Shown one piece after another: positions 1 to 6,615 of a stretch of 54,185 bases of DNA. The notes beneath the pieces are model-generated. The model saw only the letters and a list, made by a program, of their open reading frames with translations, did not search any database and was not told the DNA's origin. Every line of letters begins with the position of its first letter. Position 1 is the stretch's first letter. The DNA comes from a virus (Duplodnaviria > Caudoviricetes): IMG/VR virus record IMGVR_UViG_3300036794_000064, positions 1 through 54,185 of that record; one strand, given 5' to 3'. The translations under genes and the position numbers were made by a program.

Positions 1-127
1 GGTGTTGCGGTCCTGCATGTGGAGCGGGAAACGGCCGGTGTTCAACTGGACCGGCTGCCGGTACCCGGCACGCCATTCGGCCGGAATATCCAGCTCCGGA
101 GTGTCGGGGCCCGGGCATGGCACGCAG
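1..127. repeat. Terminal direct repeat, copy 1 (identical to 54059-54185); circular-assembly overlap
   Basis: ggtgttgcggtcctgcatg...gggcatggcacgcag occurs at both ends; 127 nt equals a common assembler k-mer; a CDS reads through the junction. Confidence 0.95.
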
Positions 128-318
128 CGGATCGCGTCGTGCTGGGCTTCGAGCTCGTGGGCGTAGTCGATGTCCGGCTGCAGCGACGTGTTCATGCACA
201 ACCAGATTTCGTCGATCAGCCCGGCTTGGACGTCGCGGAGCAGGTACGGGATCAGGATCGAAACGGTCCGCTCACGCCCGAACGGCACCCATGCGATGAC
301 ACGGTGGCCGCGGTGCAT
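1..318 (-). CDS. 5' part of a GT-A-like glycosyltransferase spanning the circular junction (continues to 53408)
   Basis: ATG at 318 overlaps the epimerase stop (TGATG); translation MHRGHRVIAWVPFGRERTVSILIPYL...CVPCPGPDTPELDIPAEW joins ORF 53408..54181 in frame. Confidence 0.85.
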   Translation of the reverse strand, partial: MHRGHRVIAWVPFGRERTVSILIPYLLRDVQAGLIDEIWLCMNTSLQPDIDYAHELEAQHDAIRCVPCPGPDTPELDIPAEWRAGYRQPVQLNTGRFPLHMQDRNT

Positions 319-1316
319 CAGCCGGCCCGCAGTCTCGACGACAGCAGCTTTCCGGACCGTCGGGCTTCGGCGGGGATGTGCCAGGCGTCGCCCTCATGCT
401 CGACGAACCAGTCGACCGTGCGTTTCATGCCGGCGTCGAGAGTGAGGAACTGTTCCGGGTCGATCCCGGCCTTGTGGAGGGTGGTGACGTCGGCGGCGAC
501 GGTGGCGTTCGGGACCTCGCCGGGCCGCATCGGCAGATGCGCGACTGGGACCGGGTCGTGGCCGGTGTGCGCGGCTGCGAGGTTGGCGACGAGGTGGGCG
601 ATGTCGTTGACCGTGGCCGACTCGGGCGGCCCGACCTCGAGCGGCTGCTCGTGGATGCGGCCTTCGGCGGCATGGGCGAGGGCGATCGTGAAGACTCGGG
701 CGACGTCGGCGACGTAGATCATGTCGGAGATCTGGGTGCCGTCGCCGTACACCTCGATCGGCATTCCGCACAGGGCCCGGCACACGAACGCGGGGGTGAT
801 CTTGCGAACCTTCGACCAGCCGAACGGGGCGGCGACGGACTGGCGGGGCCCGTAGGCGTTCATCGGCCGGACCACGGCGATCCGGCCGCCGCGATGGTGG
901 TTGTACATTTTGGCGAAATCCTCGGCGCAGGTCTTGGTAATGGTGTAGGCGCCGCCGCCGTGGGTGCGCATCCAGGCGTTGCCTACCGCGGCGTAGACGA
1001 CGGGCAGGCCGTATTGGACGGCGGCTTCGAACACGTTCAGGGTGCCGAGAATGTTCGTCGCTGCGGACGGCCGAGGGTTGCCGATCGTCTCCTGCGTGCC
1101 GAGGACGGCGGCGAGGTGGATGATGCCATCGACGTGGGCGGCGGCTTCGGTGACGATCACGTCGTCGCGGACGTCGCCGAGGATGGTGTCGACGCCGGGG
1201 AGCGGGTCGCGGTGACGTTCGTGGTCGAGGACGGCCACCTGGTGGCCTTCGCCTTGGAGACGTTCGGTGATGTAGCGGCCGATGAATCCGGCGCCGCCGG
1301 TGACCAGGACGCGCAT
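318..1316 (-). CDS. NAD-dependent nucleotide-sugar epimerase/dehydratase (extended SDR)
   Basis: MRVLVTGGAGFIG (GxxGxxG), IIHLAA, catalytic YxxxK (YTITK), NAYGP, GDGTQISDMIYVADVA; ATG overlaps the upstream stop. Confidence 0.93.
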   Translation of the reverse strand: MRVLVTGGAGFIGRYITERLQGEGHQVAVLDHERHRDPLPGVDTILGDVRDDVIVTEAAAHVDGIIHLAAVLGTQETIGNPRPSAATNILGTLNVFEAAVQYGLPVVYAAVGNAWMRTHGGGAYTITKTCAEDFAKMYNHHRGGRIAVVRPMNAYGPRQSVAAPFGWSKVRKITPAFVCRALCGMPIEVYGDGTQISDMIYVADVARVFTIALAHAAEGRIHEQPLEVGPPESATVNDIAHLVANLAAAHTGHDPVPVAHLPMRPGEVPNATVAADVTTLHKAGIDPEQFLTLDAGMKRTVDWFVEHEGDAWHIPAEARRSGKLLSSRLRAG

Positions 1317-2110
1317 CAGACGGTCACCGGTGTGCGGTGGATGGTGAGGTCGTGGCCGCGGCCGTCGACCGGGCCGATCTGCTCGGGGAAGTGGCGGCCT
1401 CGGACATCGTGGCGGACCCAGGTGGGGTAGCCGAGCGCGGCGGCGTCGGCGTGGTAGCAGGGGTCGTCGGTGAGGCCGTCGTCCAAGCTCCACCGCCAGC
1501 GGAGTTTGAGGAACAGGTCGCGGCGGACGAGCAGGAACCCGGCGGTGTTCATATGCTCGCGGACGTCGGCGCCTTCGGGGAACGGGCGCCCATCGAAGTG
1601 CCTGAAGGAGTAGTCGTTGGCGATCCGGGCAGCCCACTGTGGCGGATCGCCGTTCAGGGCCGTGTCGATAGCCTCGACCTTGGGGCCGTTGAGGCAGTAG
1701 GTGGGGATGTGGCCGCCGACGATCGGCCAGTCCACCTCGAGCAGCCGTCTCACCGCGTCGCCGGGCACGGTCACGTCGGAGTCGACGAACAGGATGTGGC
1801 TGGCGCCGATGTCGTGGCCGTATTGGGTGACCAGGTTCCGGCCGGCGCAGATCCGGGTGAGCCGGTTCCGGCCGGTGATCGTCTCGGCCCGGTCGTCGAG
1901 CGAGAACGTCCAGTAGACACCACCGGCCTCTTCGAGCTCGGTGATCAGCGCGGTGTGCGGCTCTTCGCCGCGGGCGTCGACTTCGAGCGCCGCGAAGAGT
2001 TGGATGTCGCTGGTGGCGTGGAGTTCTTCGACGGTCGCCAGCCACGACAGGACCGAGCGGGGGTCGTCGGTCTTGTACGGGGCGCAGGTGGTGCCGACCA
2101 GCACGGTCAC
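1316..2110 (-). CDS. Glycosyltransferase, GT-A fold (GT2-like)
   Basis: GRNLV..., HILFVDSD (DxD), TAGFLLVRRDLF, TDDPCY...GYPTWVRHDVRGRH; GTG start overlaps the upstream stop. Confidence 0.8.
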   Translation of the reverse strand: MTVLVGTTCAPYKTDDPRSVLSWLATVEELHATSDIQLFAALEVDARGEEPHTALITELEEAGGVYWTFSLDDRAETITGRNRLTRICAGRNLVTQYGHDIGASHILFVDSDVTVPGDAVRRLLEVDWPIVGGHIPTYCLNGPKVEAIDTALNGDPPQWAARIANDYSFRHFDGRPFPEGADVREHMNTAGFLLVRRDLFLKLRWRWSLDDGLTDDPCYHADAAALGYPTWVRHDVRGRHFPEQIGPVDGRGHDLTIHRTPVTV

Positions 2111-2343
2111 TGAGCCGGGGCCTCCGCAACTTCGGGGGGGGCTTCGACCGGGACGTCGGGCACCGCGACCGGTTCCGGCGCGGCCTCGTACTCGGACACG
2201 AAGTCGGCGTCGTTGACCGCGGTCACCGATCCGTCTTCGTGCTGGACGAGCCAATGCCCGGCCGGGATCGTCACCCCGGAGATGGTGAGGTCGAGGCTGA
2301 CTTGCGCGGCTTCGACGGTGGCGGGCTTGCGGATGTATTTCAT
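2107..2343 (-). CDS. Small protein of the 'YxxKP..VEA...G[DH]Whh...F..EYE' phage family (PGDYG/Acb4-like, tentative)
   Basis: MKYIRKPATVEAAQV...PAGHWLVQHEDGSVTAVNDADFVSEYE plus acidic Pro tail; RBS AAGGAG; ATGA overlap. Confidence 0.6.
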   Translation of the reverse strand: MKYIRKPATVEAAQVSLDLTISGVTIPAGHWLVQHEDGSVTAVNDADFVSEYEAAPEPVAVPDVPVEAPPEVAEAPAQ

Positions 2344-3404
2344 GCGGCGCTCCTTTTTTCGATCGGTGCGGTCCAGGTGTCCCACCAGCGGTCGCAGTGG
2401 GTTTCGTAGGTGAGGTCGGCCATCACCCGGCGCCCTTCCCCGGCCAGGTCGGTGCGGGCGTCGCGGCTGGCGCATAGCCGGCCGAGGGTGCGGGCCCACT
2501 GCCCGCGCGAGCTGGCGAGCATGCCGACCCCGGCCCGGTGCAACCGGAGGTTGTCGGGGGTGGGTGACATGACGACGGGGACGCCGAGGGCGGCCATCTC
2601 CATCGCTTTCAGGCACGACTTGGCGTGGTTGAACGCGGAGTCTTCGAGGGGGACGATGCCGACCTGGAGTTCGGCGAGCGCGTACGGGTAGTCGTCGAAC
2701 ATCACCCAGCCGGTCGCTGACGGTTTCTCCCGGAGCCGCAACGCTTGCTGGACGCCTTCGACGGGGCCGATCGTGTGGAACGTCCAGCCGGTGCGGGCGA
2801 GGACCTGCTGGACGGTGCCTTCGGTGGTTTGCAGGTCACCGGGGTGGGTGCCGACAACACCTGACCAGCCGATCGTGTTCGGGCGTTCCGGGACGGACAT
2901 GGCCAGGTAGGCGGCCGGGACCAGATTGGGGAGGAGGATCCCGTGGCCGTGGCCGTATCTTGATATCAACGGGGCGGTGGTCGCGGTGACGAGGTCGGCT
3001 TGTTGGCAGGCCCGGTCGATCCATTCGTGATGAACGTGGGTCTGCCGGTAGGAGCCGTGACCGACATGGCTTTTGGAGAGCCCGTCGAACAGGTCGTCGA
3101 CGTCGACGACCACCCGGACGCCTTGCTTGTGGAGGTCGGGGATCATGTCCGCCCACCAGCGCCGGCCGGGCCGTTGGATCACGACCACGTCAGCTTCGAC
3201 CGGCTGGGCCAAGCTGACGTATTGGACGTCGGGGCCCGGCGGTAGGCCGTCGTCGGCGCCGGGCCATTTGCGGTCCCAGTTGACGACCGGGCCGACGGTG
3301 TCGATGTGCACGTCGGCGCCCTGCTGCTGCAAGGCTTGGGCGGGCAGGATGAGCCGGTAGTGGCCGCAACCTTGAAGATCCGCCGGCCAAACGACAACCT
3401 TCAC
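2340..3404 (-). CDS. Glycosyltransferase, GT-B fold (GT4-like)
   Basis: GCGHYRLILP, VVVDVDD, ADLVTATT, IGWSG, VGIVPL..SAFNHAKSCLKAMEMAALGVPVVMSP. Confidence 0.85.
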   Translation of the reverse strand: MKVVVWPADLQGCGHYRLILPAQALQQQGADVHIDTVGPVVNWDRKWPGADDGLPPGPDVQYVSLAQPVEADVVVIQRPGRRWWADMIPDLHKQGVRVVVDVDDLFDGLSKSHVGHGSYRQTHVHHEWIDRACQQADLVTATTAPLISRYGHGHGILLPNLVPAAYLAMSVPERPNTIGWSGVVGTHPGDLQTTEGTVQQVLARTGWTFHTIGPVEGVQQALRLREKPSATGWVMFDDYPYALAELQVGIVPLEDSAFNHAKSCLKAMEMAALGVPVVMSPTPDNLRLHRAGVGMLASSRGQWARTLGRLCASRDARTDLAGEGRRVMADLTYETHCDRWWDTWTAPIEKRSAA

Positions 3405-4753
3405 TTCAGTCGGGCCAGCCTGTCCTGCACGCGGGCCAGGTCCGCGTCAAGCGCGGCGTCCGCTGCCGCCTGCGCTTCGGGACTGGCCGGCTCGGGCTCG
3501 GGGTCGGAGCGTTTGCCGGCGGTGTCAACGCCGAACTTCTTCGCCGCGGCGGTGATCTTCGGCATCGCCTCCTTCGCGAACTCGGCGCCTTGGGCGGCCC
3601 GGGCCAGCGCGTTACGGACATGAGCGGCGTCGGGCAGCGGGAAATGCCGCTTCGAGCGGGGCATCGTCTTGCCGGAGGCGTCTTTGGTGCCGCCCGGCTC
3701 GATGTAGCCGAACACCGAGTCGGGCAGGTCGTCGGTCTCCTTCGACGAGAGCATCGCCCGGCCGCCGTCACCGTCGTCGTGTTGGTCGGGGTCGTCGATG
3801 CCCATCACGTCGAGCAGCTCGTCGACCGCGACCCCGGCCGCCTGGACCAGAGCGAGGGCCTGCTGCACATTGTCCGGGAGGCTGGTGACGTCGAACCCGT
3901 CGAGCAGGTTCGCGGCCTCGTCCAGGGCGGCGTCGACCGCCGAGGCGAGCGTGGCCGGATCGCCGTCGTCTCCCCCGTCGCCGTCGCTGGCGACACCGCC
4001 GGTGGTGACGGTGCCGTCCGAGCCGATATGGATGACCATGTCCCGCAATCCGGACCCGGCCATCTCGCCGGTGAACTTCTCCACCCACGCGGCCCGCTGC
4101 TCGGCCGTCATCTCCGGTGGTCGAACGGTCGTGCCGATCTTGATGTGCTCCCGGAACGTCGGGTAATGCTCGGCGACCAACGCCCGCACCCCCTCGTCGT
4201 CCAGAATCCGCTGGTCCCGCAAGCGCAGGATCTCGTCGATGGTCGGAGTATCCAACGTGGGTGCCTCCTGGGAGCGGATCCCGACCGCGGCCGCGCCGGG
4301 GATCGACGGGAACACGACGGGAGAGTTTTCGAGCATGTCGGCCTTCACGAACCGGCGGGCCCCTCGAACATCGGGGTGGACGACGCTTCGCCCGTTGCGG
4401 TAGTGGAAGCTGAACCCGGGGACGATCTTGTCCTCGATCATCGAATGCGCCGCCCGGGCCTGGGGGACAGCGTCGAAGTCCGCGAACCGGTTGATGACCC
4501 GGGCCCGGTCGCCGAGTTCCTCGGTGCGGACGCCGGCGCCGATCAGAAGATCAGGATTGTGGTTCCACAACATCACCGGGAGACGCTTGGCGAACGATTC
4601 CCGCCAGCAGCCCCGGGCCCAGTCGGTGCGGTATCCGTCGAGGACCTGGTACGGGTAGTCGACCACCACTTGATGGCCGTCGAGGTCGGTGATCTCCGCG
4701 ACAGTGGCCACATCGGCCCGGTAGCCTTCTTCGAGTTGTTCGGTCATGGTCAC
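3401..4753 (-). CDS. HK97-type prohead protease with acidic linker and C-terminal DUF6582-like domain
   Basis: MLWNHN..IG (catalytic His), GFSFHY (catalytic Ser), LENSPVVFPS; C-terminal DLPDSVFGYIEPGG..RHFPLPDAAHVRNALAR. Confidence 0.85.
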   Translation of the reverse strand: MTMTEQLEEGYRADVATVAEITDLDGHQVVVDYPYQVLDGYRTDWARGCWRESFAKRLPVMLWNHNPDLLIGAGVRTEELGDRARVINRFADFDAVPQARAAHSMIEDKIVPGFSFHYRNGRSVVHPDVRGARRFVKADMLENSPVVFPSIPGAAAVGIRSQEAPTLDTPTIDEILRLRDQRILDDEGVRALVAEHYPTFREHIKIGTTVRPPEMTAEQRAAWVEKFTGEMAGSGLRDMVIHIGSDGTVTTGGVASDGDGGDDGDPATLASAVDAALDEAANLLDGFDVTSLPDNVQQALALVQAAGVAVDELLDVMGIDDPDQHDDGDGGRAMLSSKETDDLPDSVFGYIEPGGTKDASGKTMPRSKRHFPLPDAAHVRNALARAAQGAEFAKEAMPKITAAAKKFGVDTAGKRSDPEPEPASPEAQAAADAALDADLARVQDRLARLK

Positions 4754-4774
4754 CTCCAGGTGATGCCGGAAGAA

Positions 4775-6178
4775 TCAGGCTGCCGAGAACAGCAGCGAAC
4801 AGCGGCAGTTGCAGACTTCATCCGGTGGGGCGGTCGGGTCGCCGGGGAACATCATCCGGCTGGCGCCGACATGGAACGGGGCGTGCAAAGGGACTTTCTG
4901 GCCGTCGGCTTTGCGGTGGGTGGGCCGGGTGCGTTCGTCGTGGTGGGCGAGCCACTCCTTCGACGCCACCGCACCCGATTGCAGGCTCGCGGCATACAAG
5001 TAGGCGGCCTCGTTGAGGGCGCCGATGGACTCCGTCCGGGCGATCAGCTCGGCTCTCGATCGGGCGACGTCGAACACGTGCTGGACCCGGGCCGTCAACT
5101 GGGCGGTCGAGTCGCCGTCCTCGATGCCTTCGGCGAGGGTGTCGCGGATCTGGGCGAACGTGGTGTCGGTGATCGTGGCCGCGGCCCGGTTCTCCCGGCT
5201 CCGGAGGATGTACACCGACCGGGCGATCGACGTCGACGGGAGTCCGAGTTGCTGGGCGATTCGCTCGAGGGACAGGGTGTTGGCGTCGTCGTAGATCGGC
5301 GCGAGGGCTTGGGCGGTCTGGTCGGCCCAGAAGGTGGTGTCGAAGATGGCGGCGGCGTCGGGGACGGCCGGGACCGGGCCGGGTGTGCCGGTGGTCAACG
5401 CCGGCGGTACCGGGGCTGGGGGGAGCGCGGCCGGCGGGTTGCGCTGGTCGGCTCGGACACCGGCGAGCATCCGTTTCCCTCGGCTGCCGCGGAGACGGGA
5501 GAGGGTGCCAGCGCGTTGCCGGTCGAACAAGACGACCATCGCCTGATGGATGACCGGTTCGAGCTTGTCGGCGTCGGAAGCGAACCGGTCCTTGTGGACC
5601 ATCCGCTCGCGGTGTCTGCCCGCGGCCTGGGCTTGGCCGACAGTCGCCAGCGCACGCTTCCCGGCGGTCTTGGCCCGTTTCTTGCCGTGAATCGCGGCGG
5701 TGGCGGCCATGCCGCAGATCGTGCACTTGGTCAGGTCGGCGCCGCGGAAGGCGTGCGGAACATCCGCGTCGGGGTGCTGGCCGGCCATCTTCGCTTCGAC
5801 CGCCTGCGCTACTTTCGGCGACGGCCCACGAGGCAGGAGCGTCCCGGCCGAGCCGCCCTCGGTGACCGGGCCCATGTCCCGGGAGCCGTGGGCTTGTGCC
5901 TTTTTTGCCTCCCATTCGGCTACTGCTTTGGCGGCGCGGGCGCGGGTGGCGTCGGTGACTTTGCCTTCGCCGGCCGCCCACCGCTTCACGGTGCCGACGG
6001 CGAGGGAGACGGCGTCGGATTCGCTGTGGCCGGATCGGAGTAACGCCTGGGCGATGGCCCGGATGTACAGCGGGAGGCCGCCGACGCGGTTGACCCAGTT
6101 CTTGCCTTGGCCGATCGGGACGATGTCGCACGGACCGTCGCCGGTGCACACCCCGGAGCGGATGTCGGTGAGGGTCAC
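4775..6178 (-). CDS. MuF-like (SPP1 gp7) minor head protein with additional N-terminal domain
   Basis: RAELIARTES, KEWLAHHDERTRPTH..ADGQ, FPGDP..PPDEVCNCRC; GTG start overlaps the zincin stop. Confidence 0.88.
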   Translation of the reverse strand: MTLTDIRSGVCTGDGPCDIVPIGQGKNWVNRVGGLPLYIRAIAQALLRSGHSESDAVSLAVGTVKRWAAGEGKVTDATRARAAKAVAEWEAKKAQAHGSRDMGPVTEGGSAGTLLPRGPSPKVAQAVEAKMAGQHPDADVPHAFRGADLTKCTICGMAATAAIHGKKRAKTAGKRALATVGQAQAAGRHRERMVHKDRFASDADKLEPVIHQAMVVLFDRQRAGTLSRLRGSRGKRMLAGVRADQRNPPAALPPAPVPPALTTGTPGPVPAVPDAAAIFDTTFWADQTAQALAPIYDDANTLSLERIAQQLGLPSTSIARSVYILRSRENRAAATITDTTFAQIRDTLAEGIEDGDSTAQLTARVQHVFDVARSRAELIARTESIGALNEAAYLYAASLQSGAVASKEWLAHHDERTRPTHRKADGQKVPLHAPFHVGASRMMFPGDPTAPPDEVCNCRCSLLFSAA

Positions 6179-6615
6179 AGCGCCTCGAAGAATGCAACCG
6201 TGGCTGCGGCCGGGTAGTCGCCGTAGCCGTGGAGCAGCCACGTGCAGAAGGCTTCGGCAAAAGCCTCCATCCGGTTTCTTTGGGCGTAACTCGTGACCGG
6301 CTTGGCGTCGTGATCGAACCCCACGGAATGGTGGAGGACGTGTCCTAGTTCGTGAACCACTGTTGCTGGGCGGTGTCTCTTGGGAAGGACGACCGTCGTG
6401 CGGCGTCGGCTGGCAGCGAGGTGGTTCTGATGGAACGGGTAGGCGACGTGAGCGGTCGAACTGTACGCTCTGCCGTCGGTGGCCGTCTCGAAGTGGTGGA
6501 GGCCAGCGAACACTGGATCGACGCCGACAAGGAAGTCGCAGGCGACGAGGGGGTGAAGCGGCTTGGGGATGACGCCGAGGGCCGCGGTGATCGCTTCGGA
6601 ACGGCCGCGGTTCAT
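6175..6615 (-). CDS. Zincin-like metallopeptidase (HExxH)
   Basis: TVVHELGHVLH followed by SYAQRNRMEAFAEAF (third Zn ligand, lethal-factor-like pattern); ATG overlaps the portal stop. Confidence 0.8.
   Translation of the reverse strand: MNRGRSEAITAALGVIPKPLHPLVACDFLVGVDPVFAGLHHFETATDGRAYSSTAHVAYPFHQNHLAASRRRTTVVLPKRHRPATVVHELGHVLHHSVGFDHDAKPVTSYAQRNRMEAFAEAFCTWLLHGYGDYPAAATVAFFEAL

Noticed and set aside
3590-6043. Long plus-strand ORFs (817 aa here; also 20920-22596, 22939-24750, 45405-47060)
   Set aside because: Antisense shadows of real minus-strand genes, expected at this GC content; no motifs or RBS
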